Below are positions 9,710 through 19,094 of a DNA stretch of 35,685 bases, piece by piece. The notes beneath the pieces are model-generated. The model made no database searches and was not told the DNA's origin. It saw only the letters and a list, made by a program, of their open reading frames with translations. The DNA lies in assembly GCA_031459875.1 (NCBI GenBank), contig JAVKHQ010000002.1, positions 127,616 to 163,300 on the forward strand. The letters run 5' to 3'. Numbering within the stretch: position 1 is the stretch's first letter; the number at the start of each line of letters is the position of its first letter. The stretch comes from Candidatus Fervidifonticultor sextus. GTDB lineage: Bacteria > Sysuimicrobiota > Sysuimicrobiia > Sysuimicrobiales > Humicultoraceae. The position numbers and the translations under genes are program-made.

Positions 9710-10729
9710 TCAGGCCTCGAGCGCCGACGACGCCTCGACCGTGGACGATGGGTAGAGGTGGCAGGCGACCTGCCGGCCGGGCTCGGCCTCGGCCAGATGG
9801 GGCCGCAGGCGGTCGCAGACCCCCATCCGGAACGTGCACCGGGGGGCGAACCGGCAGGCTGGCGGCGGCGCCAGGTAGTCCGGGATCCGCCCTTCGATCC
9901 CGCTCCCCATGGTGCCGGTCAGCCGGGGTACGGCCGCCAGCAGGCCCTGGGAGTACGGGTGCAGTTGCCGGCGGAACATCTCGTGCGTGGCTGCCACCTC
10001 GGCGATCTCGCCCCCGTACATCACGTAGATGCGGTCGGAGACCTGCCGCGCCACGCCCAGGTTGTGGGTGATGTAGAGCACCGACAGCCCCTCGGTGCGG
10101 ACCAGTTCCCGCAGTTCCAGCAGGATCTGGTCCTGGATGGACACGTCGAGCGCCGTGCCGAGTTCATCGGCGATGAGCAGTTCAGGCCGGCCGATCAACG
10201 CCAGGGCGATCAGGACCCTCTGGCGCATCCCGCCCGAGAGCTCGATGGGGTAGCGCGCGAGCATCCCCTCCGGATCGGGGACGCGGACCATGCGCAGGAC
10301 CTCCACGCACCGCCGCCAGACGGCCCGGTCGGGGCGCCGCCACCCGGCGCGGTCGGCGCCCTGCCACATCACGACGTCCGCCAACTGCTGGCCGACGGTG
10401 AACACCGGGTTGAGCGCGGTGGACGGATCCTGGAAGATCATCGCGATCTGGCGGCCGCGGACCCGGCGGAGCTCGTCTTCGGACAGGCGCAGCAGGTCCT
10501 GGCCCTTGAAGACGACACGGCCCGAGACGACCTCGGCGTTGGCCGGCAGCAGGCCCAGGATGGCCTTGGCGGTGACGGACTTCCCGCAGCCGGTCTCGCC
10601 TACCAGGGCCACGCTCTCCCCCCGACCGACATGGAGGGTCACGCCGTTGATGACGCGGGCGCGCCCCTCGTAGGTGTGGAAGTGAATCACCAGGCCCGAG
10701 ACGGCCAGCAGCGGCTCCGCGGGAGTCAC
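9710..10729 (-). CDS. Peptide ABC transporter ATP-binding subunit (OppD-like), second cassette
   Basis: [37 protein letters not shown] start overlapping upstream stop (GTGA). Confidence 0.92.
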   Translation of the reverse strand: MTPAEPLLAVSGLVIHFHTYEGRARVINGVTLHVGRGESVALVGETGCGKSVTAKAILGLLPANAEVVSGRVVFKGQDLLRLSEDELRRVRGRQIAMIFQDPSTALNPVFTVGQQLADVVMWQGADRAGWRRPDRAVWRRCVEVLRMVRVPDPEGMLARYPIELSGGMRQRVLIALALIGRPELLIADELGTALDVSIQDQILLELRELVRTEGLSVLYITHNLGVARQVSDRIYVMYGGEIAEVAATHEMFRRQLHPYSQGLLAAVPRLTGTMGSGIEGRIPDYLAPPPACRFAPRCTFRMGVCDRLRPHLAEAEPGRQVACHLYPSSTVEASSALEA

Positions 10730-11646
10730 GAGCCGGCCCGCCACTGCTCGATCTGCACGTCGAATACGTCGCGCAGGCCGTCGCCGAGCAGATTGAAGCC
10801 CAGCACGGTGATGAAGATCGCCAGCCCCGGAAACGTGGCGGCCCACCACGATCCCGGCAGATAGGCGCGGCCTTCGGCGATCATCGTCCCCCACTCGGGC
10901 GTCGGCGGCTGGGCGCCGAACCCCAGGTAGCTGAGCCCCGAGGCGGTGAGGATGACGAAGCCCATGTCGAGGGTGATCTTGACCAGGATGGGAGACCAGG
11001 CGTTGGGGAGGATCTCCCGGAAGGCGATCCGCCAGGGGCCGGCCCCCAGCCCGCGGCTGGCCTCCACGAACTGCTCCTCTTTGAGGGACAGCACCTGCCC
11101 GTAGACCAGCCGCGTGTACCAGGGCCACCAGGCAAAGGCGATGGCGATCATGGCGTTGGTGAGGTTGGGGCGCAGGGCGGCGGTCACCGCCAGGGCCAGG
11201 GCGATGGGGGGGATGGCCAGGAAGATGTCGGTGATCCGCATGATCACGTCGCCCACCCGGCCGCCCCAGTAGCCGGCGACGAGCCCCAGGGGCACGCCGA
11301 TGACGACGGCCAGGATCAGCACCACCGCGCCCAGCACGAGCGAGATACGTGCGCCGAAGATGATCCGCGAGAGGATGTCCCGCCCGGCGTCGTCGGTCCC
11401 CAGGAGGTTGCGCGAGGACGGCGGCTGCAACGCGTGCGCGAAGTCCACGAACGACCCGGCGTGCTGCGGGTAGGGGGCCAGGAAAGGCGCGAGCAGCGCG
11501 GCGGCCACCATGAGGCCCACCACGGCCAGACCGACCACGGACAGCGTGGACTGGCGGAAGCGGAACCACATCTTCCGCCACTCCCCCGCCCGGGCAGCCC
11601 TCAGGTCCCCCGAAATGGCGACCTCAGCCACCCTGGCGCCCTCCAC
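10726..11646 (-). CDS. Peptide ABC transporter permease (OppC-like), second cassette
   Basis: LLGTDDAGRDILSR, LSYLGFGAQPPTPEWG; exact start uncertain. Confidence 0.92.
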   Translation of the reverse strand: MEGARVAEVAISGDLRAARAGEWRKMWFRFRQSTLSVVGLAVVGLMVAAALLAPFLAPYPQHAGSFVDFAHALQPPSSRNLLGTDDAGRDILSRIIFGARISLVLGAVVLILAVVIGVPLGLVAGYWGGRVGDVIMRITDIFLAIPPIALALAVTAALRPNLTNAMIAIAFAWWPWYTRLVYGQVLSLKEEQFVEASRGLGAGPWRIAFREILPNAWSPILVKITLDMGFVILTASGLSYLGFGAQPPTPEWGTMIAEGRAYLPGSWWAATFPGLAIFITVLGFNLLGDGLRDVFDVQIEQWRAGS

Positions 11647-11673
11647 GCGGGCTCCCGGACCGTCGGGACGTCG

Positions 11674-12684
11674 TCATCCCTCGCCGTACCGGATGCGCGG
11701 GTCGAGGTAGCCGTAGAGGAGATCCACGAGCAGGTTGACCACGGCGTAGGCCGCCCCGACGACGAGCGTCACCGCGATCACCGCATTGAAGTCCTTCCAC
11801 AGCAGGGCGTCCACCCCGTAGAAGGCCAGGCCCGGCCAGGCGAACACGGTCTCCACCAGGAACGCGTTGCCCAGCAGAAACCCGTAGCTCAGCCCGATGA
11901 TCGTCAGCGTGGCGGTAAACGCGTTCTTCAGCAGGTACCTGTAGATGATCAGGCGGGGCGGCAGGCCGTAGGAGCGCGCGGCCAGGGCGTAGTCGCGCCG
12001 CATCTCCTCGATCATGCCGGCCCGGATCAGCCGCATGATCTGGGCCAGGGTGCCCACCGAGAGGGCGAAGGCGGGCATCGCGAGGTACTTCAGGGACGTG
12101 ACGAACGCCCCGAAGTCCCCCGCCAGCACGCTGTCCAGCAGGTAAAGCCCGGTGATCCGGACGGGCGGGGCCGGCCCGCGGCCGATGGTGGGCAGCAGGC
12201 CCAGGTGGTAGGCGAACGCCAGTTGCAGCAGGATCGCCAGCCAGAAGCGGGGCAGCGCCACCCCGATCAGGGCGACGATGCGGCTGATGTGGTCGTCCAG
12301 CGCGTCCTTGCGGACGGCGGCGCGGATCCCCAGCGGGACGCCCAGAGCGACGGCCAGCAGCATGGCCACCGACGTCAGTTCCAGCGTCGCGGGGAAGAAG
12401 TCGCGCAGGTCCTTGGCGACGTCGCGGTGCGTGCGCAGCGAGAAGCCGAAGTCTCCCCGGAACAGCCCGGCCATGTAGGTGACGTACTGCACGTACAGCG
12501 GACGGTCCAGCCCCATCTGGTGGCGCAGCTGCTGGACCTGTTCTTCCCGGGCGTCGGGGCCGAGGGCCAACCGCACGGGGTCGCCCGGAATCACCCGCGA
12601 GACGATGAAGATCAGCACCGACAGCCCCACCAGCACGGGAATGAGGTGGAGCACGCGCCGGAGCAGGTACGTGCCGAATCCCAT
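11674..12684 (-). CDS. Peptide ABC transporter permease (OppB-like), second cassette
   Basis: IPGDP, GDFGFS, FPATLEL, VETVFAWPGL, LDPRIR. Confidence 0.94.
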   Translation of the reverse strand: MGFGTYLLRRVLHLIPVLVGLSVLIFIVSRVIPGDPVRLALGPDAREEQVQQLRHQMGLDRPLYVQYVTYMAGLFRGDFGFSLRTHRDVAKDLRDFFPATLELTSVAMLLAVALGVPLGIRAAVRKDALDDHISRIVALIGVALPRFWLAILLQLAFAYHLGLLPTIGRGPAPPVRITGLYLLDSVLAGDFGAFVTSLKYLAMPAFALSVGTLAQIMRLIRAGMIEEMRRDYALAARSYGLPPRLIIYRYLLKNAFTATLTIIGLSYGFLLGNAFLVETVFAWPGLAFYGVDALLWKDFNAVIAVTLVVGAAYAVVNLLVDLLYGYLDPRIRYGEG

Positions 12685-12696
12685 GGCCTACCCGCC

Positions 12697-12724
12697 GGCG
12701 GGGACAGCCGGGGCTGCCCCCGCC
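12697..12724. terminator. GC-rich stem-loop between binding-protein and permease genes
   Basis: GGCGGGGACAGCC-GG-GGCTGCCCCCGCC imperfect inverted repeat, no U-tract; position typical of mRNA-stabilising hairpins in ABC operons. Confidence 0.55.
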
Positions 12725-12745
12725 TCGTGCCTATCGCTCCATGGC

Positions 12746-14329
12746 CTACCGCTCGATGGTAAAGTCATAGAACGCGACGTCGAAGCCCAGCAACCCCACG
12801 TAGCGGTAGCCCTTGACGTGGTTGCGGAAGGCGATCCGGTGCAGCGGGTTGGCCACGTAGATGCTCGGCGCGTCCCGCACGATGGGAACCTGCACGTCCC
12901 GGTAGAGTTTCATCTGCTGCTGGGGGTCCACCGCGCGCCGGGCGGCCTCCAGCATCTTCGTGACCTCGGGGTTCTCGTAGAAGCTCATGCAGCGGAACGT
13001 CCCCCAGCAGCTCGGGTGGTACATGCCGTAGGTGTGGCTGTCCACGTGGGGGTACTTCAGGGTGTCGAAGATGGCGGTGATGTGGGGGGTCGTCTCCGGT
13101 TTGGTGGCGCGCTCCACCACCCGCGCCCACGGTTCGCCGATGATCTCCACGTTGATCCCGATCTCCTCGAGGTTGCTCTTCAGCAGCAGGCCGATCAGCC
13201 GCTCCATGGGCACCGCGGTGATCCACAGGTACTGGATGGTCAGGTCCCCGGGCTTGTAGCCGGCCTCGGCCAGCAGCCCCCTGGCCCGGGCCACGTTCCG
13301 GCCGTAGACCGGCACCTGCGGGTTCCACCCGGGCACCCGCACCGGGACCGGCCCCTTGGCCTTGGTGGCCCCCACGAAGATCTGCTGGATGGCGATGTCG
13401 TAGTTGAAGGCATAGGAGATGGCCTGGCGCACCTTGACGTTGTCCAGGGGCTTCAGCTTGGTGTTCATCTGCAGGTGGAAGAGCTGGACGCTGGGGTCTT
13501 CCTTGACGGTGATGCCGGGCACCTTCAACTCCTGGAAGCTCGGCGGGGACAGCCACTGGTTCACCATGTCGGCCTGGCCGGCGGCCAGCAGGGTCTTGAC
13601 CGTGGCCTCTTCCGGTACGTACCGGTAGATCACCCGGCTGATCTGCCCCGGCTTCCAGCCGCGCCAGTAGGCGTCGTGCCGGACCATGATCATGTCGCCC
13701 GCCCGGTCCCACCGTTCCATGCGGTAGGGCCCCGAGCCCGCGTCCTGGCGCTCCAGCAGGCTGGCCCCGTAGTCGCCGAACTCCCCGAAGGGACCCGGTC
13801 GCAGGTTGGCCATGATCAGGTCCCTGTCCATGATGAACAACAGCAGCAGCGTCCCCAGAAACGGCGCGTAGGGCTCCTTCAGTTCGAACCGGACCGTGTA
13901 CCGGTCCACGGCGCGGGTCCGTCCGGGTTCCAGCACCGGCGTCCAGGTCCAGGAGAAGCCTCGCTTGAGGCGCAGCGCCCGATCCATGGAGAAGACCACG
14001 TCGTCGGCGGTCAACTCGCGGCCGCTGTGGAACCTGACCCCCCGGCGCAATCTGAACGTGTAGATCCGGCCGTCGGGCGAGACGGTCCAGGACTCGGCCA
14101 GGTGCGGGCGGGGCTCCATCGACCCCTTCTCGACGTTGGGATAGAGCAAGGGGTCGTAAAGGTTGATGGCCGAGTGCAGGCTGCTCTCGTCCACCGCCGC
14201 CTGGGGGTCAATGGCGGTGATGATCTGCTGCTCGATGTAGGTCATGGTGACAGGCGGCTGCGAGCGCGCCTGCAGTGGCACCAGCAGGAGCAGCGCGACC
14301 AGGACGACTGCCCCAAGACGATATCGCAT
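12746..14329 (-). CDS. Family 5 ABC substrate-binding protein (second cassette)
   Basis: Signal peptide MRYRLGAVVLVALLLL, LAESWTVSPDG, YTFRLRRGVRFHSG, GSGPY, LDNVKVRQAISYA; ATG after GGAGG. Confidence 0.94.
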   Translation of the reverse strand: MRYRLGAVVLVALLLLVPLQARSQPPVTMTYIEQQIITAIDPQAAVDESSLHSAINLYDPLLYPNVEKGSMEPRPHLAESWTVSPDGRIYTFRLRRGVRFHSGRELTADDVVFSMDRALRLKRGFSWTWTPVLEPGRTRAVDRYTVRFELKEPYAPFLGTLLLLFIMDRDLIMANLRPGPFGEFGDYGASLLERQDAGSGPYRMERWDRAGDMIMVRHDAYWRGWKPGQISRVIYRYVPEEATVKTLLAAGQADMVNQWLSPPSFQELKVPGITVKEDPSVQLFHLQMNTKLKPLDNVKVRQAISYAFNYDIAIQQIFVGATKAKGPVPVRVPGWNPQVPVYGRNVARARGLLAEAGYKPGDLTIQYLWITAVPMERLIGLLLKSNLEEIGINVEIIGEPWARVVERATKPETTPHITAIFDTLKYPHVDSHTYGMYHPSCWGTFRCMSFYENPEVTKMLEAARRAVDPQQQMKLYRDVQVPIVRDAPSIYVANPLHRIAFRNHVKGYRYVGLLGFDVAFYDFTIER

Positions 14330-14396
14330 GGCTGATCCTCCCTCCTCTGCTCGGGTCACCTCACGTCCCAATGGCCTCTTGCGCACTCACGGGGCA

Positions 14397-15218
14397 TCAC
14401 GCAGGACGCGCCTGCCCGACGGGCCGGCGCCCGCCCAGCAGGCGCATGCTCACCTCCTCCGCCGCCTCCCGGACGTGCCGGATCAGCGCCGGGAGCGCGT
14501 CTGCCGAGAACCGCGCGGCGGGTCCGCCGATGCTGAGGGCGGCGACGACCTCGCTGCGCGAGTCCCGGATGGGGGCGGTGATGGCGGCCACGCCGGGATC
14601 GAACTCCCCGACGGTGAACGCATACCCCTGGCGGCGGATGCGGGCCAGGTCGCGGCGCAGCGCCGCCGGGTCGGTGATCGTCCGCTCGGTGTAGCGGGGC
14701 AGCCCGCGGGCCAGGATCTCTCGAATCCGGCCCTCGGGCAGGAAGGCCAGGTGGAGCTTGCCGGCGGCACCGGCGTGCCAGGGCGTGATCCGCCCGATCT
14801 GGAAACTCGCCCGGATGCGCTGCGGGCTGTCCACGGTGTCCAGGCAGATGACACCGTCGCGGCCCGGCGCGGTGAGGACCACCGACTCCCCCGTGCGCTC
14901 GGCCAGCGCCAGCATCGTCGGGCGGGCGACCTCCCGTACCTCGAACCGACGCAGGACCACGCCGGCCAGTTCCAGCGGCCTGGCCCCCAGCACATACCGC
15001 CGCCCGTCGGTCTGCGCAACATAGCCGTGCCGCTCCAGCGTCCGCACCAGGCGGAAGACAGCCGCCTTGCTCAGGCCGGTGGCCCGGGCGCACTCGCTGA
15101 TGCCCCAACTGCCGGTGCCGTCGGCCAGGAGGTCGAGGAGGGCCAGCGCGTGGTCCACCGACCGGACCAGGGACGGCCTGATGGGATCTCGAGACCGCGT
15201 CCGCCTCCTGTTCCGCAT
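14397..15218 (-). CDS. IclR-family transcriptional regulator
   Basis: SVDHALALLDLL, GLSKAAVFRLVRTL HTH, AGAAGKLHLA, RIRRQGYA, VVAALSIGGP. Confidence 0.93.
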   Translation of the reverse strand: MRNRRRTRSRDPIRPSLVRSVDHALALLDLLADGTGSWGISECARATGLSKAAVFRLVRTLERHGYVAQTDGRRYVLGARPLELAGVVLRRFEVREVARPTMLALAERTGESVVLTAPGRDGVICLDTVDSPQRIRASFQIGRITPWHAGAAGKLHLAFLPEGRIREILARGLPRYTERTITDPAALRRDLARIRRQGYAFTVGEFDPGVAAITAPIRDSRSEVVAALSIGGPAARFSADALPALIRHVREAAEEVSMRLLGGRRPVGQARPA

Positions 15219-15234
15219 TGAGAAACCTCGTTTC
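15210..15234. promoter_or_regulatory. Candidate IclR operator (overlapping palindromes at the iclR start)
   Basis: GTTCCGCATTGAGAAAC (15210-15226, imperfect dyad) and GAAACCTCGTTTC (15222-15234). Confidence 0.45.
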
Positions 15235-15337
15235 GGATCGCTGCTCGAGGCTCCATTCGGGGCCGGAGGGGAGAACCCCTGCCTGCTGGAAGCACTCGGA
15301 GGGGTAGACGCGGTCAGACGGTCGCCGGGAGGGGACG

Positions 15338-16432
15338 ATGGTTCGCGGCCTGATGGTCTGGGTCCTGGGGATCCTGACGGCGGCGGCGCCGCTGCCGCCG
15401 CAGGGCTACGCCGCAGCCGCCGCCACCGAATCCAACAACCAGCACAAGCTCGTCTGGGCCGGCGGCCGCCTGTACGTCACGTACTCGAAGGTGGCCTCCG
15501 GCATTTCGCACGTCTTCGTGGATGTCTCCACGGACGGCCGCACCTGGCGGTCGCTGGGCCAGATAAGCCGCGGCGAGGTGCCCTCCACCCTCTCGACCCT
15601 CATCGTCGACCCCCGCGGCCGCGTCCATGTCCTCTGGACCCGCTTCGACGGCGGGATCGGCCGCGTCTACCACAGCCGCTACGACGGACGGTGGAGCCCG
15701 CAGACGCCGCTGTCCTCTGCCGCATCGTACGCCGGCTACCCCTCCCTCGACGTGGCCTCCGGCGGGCGGCTCCACCTGGTCTGGTACGGGATCCGGGAAG
15801 CCTCGGCGGGCCAGCCGGTGTCCCACGGCGGGATCTACGAGATCTACTACCTGACCTCCGACGGCCGCTGGAGCCCGCCGGAGCGGCTCTCAGGCGGGAT
15901 CCCCGACGCGCTCAACGCCGCCATTGCCGTGGACGGGCAGGACCGTCCCCACGTGACGTGGTTCCAGTCCGACGGGCAGGCGTTCCAGGTCTTCTACACC
16001 GTGCGGGACGGCACCTGGACCCCGCCGATCCCGCTGACGTCCGGGCCGCAGCCGTCGACGAAACCGGCCATCGCCGTCGATGGGGGCGGACGCGTCCACC
16101 TCGTGTGGGAACGGCTCGAGCGCGGGCAACCCGCCATCTACTACCTCACCGGCGACCGGGGTCGGTGGAGCCGGCCCCTGCGGATCTCCGAGCGCGGCGG
16201 CCGGCACCCCACGGTCGGCCTCTGGATGCGGGGCGTCTTCGCGCTGTGGCAGGATGAGGACGGCACGGTCACGCTGCGCGCGTTCGACGGCCGGTGGCGC
16301 GCCCCCAGACGGCTGGGACCGGGCGACTATCCCAACGCGACGCCGTGGAAGGGCTCCGGGCCGCTTGTGCCCTTCGCCGTCTGGACCACGCGGGACGGCA
16401 TCCGGGTGGTCGACCTGGCGGCTCTCCTGTGA
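15338..16432 (+). CDS. Secreted BNR/sialidase-like beta-propeller repeat protein, function unknown
   Basis: Signal peptide; Asp-box-like STDGRTW; four repeats of the type vDxxGRvHlvW followed by Y...dGrWS. Confidence 0.7.
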   Translation: MVRGLMVWVLGILTAAAPLPPQGYAAAAATESNNQHKLVWAGGRLYVTYSKVASGISHVFVDVSTDGRTWRSLGQISRGEVPSTLSTLIVDPRGRVHVLWTRFDGGIGRVYHSRYDGRWSPQTPLSSAASYAGYPSLDVASGGRLHLVWYGIREASAGQPVSHGGIYEIYYLTSDGRWSPPERLSGGIPDALNAAIAVDGQDRPHVTWFQSDGQAFQVFYTVRDGTWTPPIPLTSGPQPSTKPAIAVDGGGRVHLVWERLERGQPAIYYLTGDRGRWSRPLRISERGGRHPTVGLWMRGVFALWQDEDGTVTLRAFDGRWRAPRRLGPGDYPNATPWKGSGPLVPFAVWTTRDGIRVVDLAALL

Positions 16433-16436
16433 GACC

Positions 16437-17630
16437 GTGGGCGCCCAGGATCGCGTGACCGGCCGGGTGCGGCTGCGCCGGGGCCGCGAGGGCCGCGTGG
16501 CGGAGGGGCACCTCTGGGTCTACGACGGCGAGATCGGTGCCGTGGACGGCCATCCCGCTCCGGGGGCCATCGTGGACGTGTGCACCTCCCGTGGCCGGTT
16601 CCTCGGCCGCGGGTACTTCAACCCGCACTCCAAGATCCGCGTCCGCCTGCTCACCGATCGCGACGAGCCCATCGACGAGGCCTTCCTGGCACGCCGCCTG
16701 CAGGCGGCGATCGCGCTCCGCCAGCGCGTCGTCAACGGAACGACCGCCTACCGCCTGGTCTTTGGCGAAGGCGACCTGTTGCCCGGCCTGATCGTGGACC
16801 GCTACGGCGACCTGCTGGTGATGCAGACGCTCACCGCCGGGATGGACGTGCGCAAGGACCAGGTCGCGGACCTGCTGGTCCGCCTGACCGGCGCAGGGGC
16901 GGTCTACCTGCGCAACGACGCCAAGAGCCGGGCCCAGGAAGCCCTGCCGCTCTACCAGGGGTTCGCGCGCGGCCAGGCGCCCACCCGCGTGGAGATCCGG
17001 GAGGGCCCCGCGCGCTTCCTGGTGGACGTGGCGGGGGGTCAGAAGACCGGCTGGTTCTGCGATCAGCGCGAGAACCGGCTGGCCGCCGCCGCCCTCGCGC
17101 CGGGCGCCGCGGTGCTCGACGCCTTCTGCTACACGGGCGCCTTCGGCATCCAGGCCGCCCTGGCCGGCGCGGCCAGCGTCGTGGGGCTCGAGGTCAGCGC
17201 AGACGCCGTCGCCTCAGCCCAGGCCAACGCCGAACGCAACGGCGTCGCCGGCCGGTGCGCCTACCGCCGGGCGAACGCCTTCGACGAACTGCGCCGGCTC
17301 CAGCAGGAAGGCGCCCGCTACGATCTCGTCATCCTGGACCCGCCGGCCTTCGCGCGGAGCCGGGCGACCGTGCCCCAGGCGCTGGCCGGCTACAAGGAGA
17401 TCAACCTGCGCGCGATGAGCCTGCTGCGCCCCGGGGGCTTCCTGGTGAGTTGCTCGTGCTCCTGGCACGTGGACGAGCGGATGCTCTGGACGGCGGTGCT
17501 GGACGCGGCGCGGGACGCCCGGCGGGGACTGCGGCTGATCGAGTTCCGCTCCCAGGCCCGCGACCATCCCATGCTGGCTGCGATGCCGGAAACCCGCTAC
17601 CTGAAGTGCCTGATCCTGCAGGTCTTCTGA
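16437..17630 (+). CDS. RlmI/RlmK-like class I SAM-dependent rRNA methyltransferase with PUA-like N-terminus
   Basis: GHLWVY, GEGDLLPGLIVDRY, GQKTGWFCDQRENR, VLDAFCYTGAF, LVILDPPAF, DHP...PETRYLK. Confidence 0.9.
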   Translation: MGAQDRVTGRVRLRRGREGRVAEGHLWVYDGEIGAVDGHPAPGAIVDVCTSRGRFLGRGYFNPHSKIRVRLLTDRDEPIDEAFLARRLQAAIALRQRVVNGTTAYRLVFGEGDLLPGLIVDRYGDLLVMQTLTAGMDVRKDQVADLLVRLTGAGAVYLRNDAKSRAQEALPLYQGFARGQAPTRVEIREGPARFLVDVAGGQKTGWFCDQRENRLAAAALAPGAAVLDAFCYTGAFGIQAALAGAASVVGLEVSADAVASAQANAERNGVAGRCAYRRANAFDELRRLQQEGARYDLVILDPPAFARSRATVPQALAGYKEINLRAMSLLRPGGFLVSCSCSWHVDERMLWTAVLDAARDARRGLRLIEFRSQARDHPMLAAMPETRYLKCLILQVF

Positions 17631-17654
17631 GGCGCAATCCTGCAGGTCTTCTGA
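17613..17654 (+). repeat. Exact 18-bp direct repeat duplicating the 3' end of the methyltransferase gene
   Basis: ATCCTGCAGGTCTTCTGA at 17613-17630 and 17637-17654. Confidence 0.9.
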
Positions 17655-17663
17655 CGCGCGGGG

Positions 17664-18710
17664 CTACCGGTTGGAGCGCTGGGGTTCGCCCAGGGGAGGG
17701 CCGAAGGCGAGGAACAGCTTCTCCAGCACCAGCCGGGGGTTGACGTTCCGCCGCAGCGAGTCCTTGGCCGCCTCCACGGCCTCGATGCGCGCGGCCAGCG
17801 TGGCCTCGTCCTGCTGGTCGGCCAGCAGGGCGATCTGCTCCTGCCGGTCGAGGTTCGTCAGCAGCCGCGGCTCTTTGAGCTGCCTCCAGATCAACAGGTC
17901 CCGGTACCACAGGACGGCCAGGTCGAGGAGCTCGGGCAGCAGGTCGGCCTGCTTCGAGAGCGCTTCCGCGGCGTCGAGCCGCTGGAGCATGTCGCCGGTC
18001 TCGAGGGCCGGCAGCAGATCCAGCAGCCGGTCGCGGGCCTCCAGACGATCCTCCGACCTCGCCCACTCCAGCGCGCGGCCCAGCCGGCCGTCGGCCAGGG
18101 CCGCCAGGACCCGCGCGCGGGCGGGGTCCATCTGCCAGCGCTCGATCAGCGCCTTCTCGATCTGGTCGGTCCTCAGGTGCGCGCAGCGCACCAGTTGGCA
18201 GCGGGACACGATGGTCGGCAGCAACGCCACGCTGGACTCGGCGATGAGGATCACCGTGACGCGCGGGGGCGGCTCCTCCAGCGTCTTCAGCAGGCTGTTG
18301 GCCGCCGACGCGCTCATCTTCTCGGCGTCGGCCACGATGTAGACCTTCCACCGGCCCTCGTAGGGGGGGTAGGCCGCGTCCTGCCGCAGCGCCCGGATCT
18401 GATCCACGGGGATCTCCCGGCCCTTGTAGTCCTTCCCGGGGACTTCCAGGTACTGGCCGCGCGCCACATCCAGGGTGCGCACGTCGGGGTGGGTGCCGCG
18501 GGCGATCTTCTGACAGGCAGGACACTCCCCGCAGGCGTCGCCGTCGGGCCGCTCGCAGTTCAGCAGCTGCGCGAACGCCAGCGCGAGGCTGCGCCGGCCC
18601 ACGCCGGAGGGCCCCACCAGCAGGTAGGCGTGGCTCACCCGCTGCAGGCGGTGGGCCCGCCGGAAGAGCAGTACGGCGTGATCCTGGTTGACGACGTCGC
18701 GAAACGCCAC
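17664..18710 (-). CDS. holB: DNA polymerase III delta-prime subunit
   Basis: SHAYLLVGPSGVG, ACGECPAC zinc motif, HPDV, AANSLLKTLEEPP, LLPTIVSRCQ; tmk-darA-holB order. Confidence 0.95.
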   Translation of the reverse strand: MAFRDVVNQDHAVLLFRRAHRLQRVSHAYLLVGPSGVGRRSLALAFAQLLNCERPDGDACGECPACQKIARGTHPDVRTLDVARGQYLEVPGKDYKGREIPVDQIRALRQDAAYPPYEGRWKVYIVADAEKMSASAANSLLKTLEEPPPRVTVILIAESSVALLPTIVSRCQLVRCAHLRTDQIEKALIERWQMDPARARVLAALADGRLGRALEWARSEDRLEARDRLLDLLPALETGDMLQRLDAAEALSKQADLLPELLDLAVLWYRDLLIWRQLKEPRLLTNLDRQEQIALLADQQDEATLAARIEAVEAAKDSLRRNVNPRLVLEKLFLAFGPPLGEPQRSNR

Positions 18711-18720
18711 CGCGCCGGGG

Positions 18721-19050
18721 CTAGATCCGCTCCATCCGCTCGACGTTGAGGACGAAGACGATCGCCCCGCCCACCTCCACCTTCACCGGATACGTCACGT
18801 ACGAGTCCACCGGTTCCACGACCGGAGGGATCGGCGTCATCAACTGCTCGCGCCGGTGGCAGATCCGGCGGACGACCTCGAGGACAGGATCCACCTGCTG
18901 GTCCTCGACCACCGAGATGATGGTGGAGTTGCCCTCCCGCAAAAACCCGCCGGTGCTGGCCAGGACCGTAGCCTGGATCTCCGCCTGGGTCAGGGCGTCG
19001 ATGAGCCGGCCGGCATCCTTCTCCTGGACGATCGCCAGAACGAGTTTCAT
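18721..19050 (-). CDS. darA: Cyclic-di-AMP receptor, PII-like DarA/PstA (YaaQ) family
   Basis: MKLVLAIVQEKDA, LASTGGFLREGNST, VEVGGAIVFV; located between tmk and holB. Confidence 0.9.
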   Translation of the reverse strand: MKLVLAIVQEKDAGRLIDALTQAEIQATVLASTGGFLREGNSTIISVVEDQQVDPVLEVVRRICHRREQLMTPIPPVVEPVDSYVTYPVKVEVGGAIVFVLNVERMERI

Positions 19051-19094
19051 CGGCCGCACCTCCCGTGCCCCGGCCCGCGACGGCATCCGGGCCC

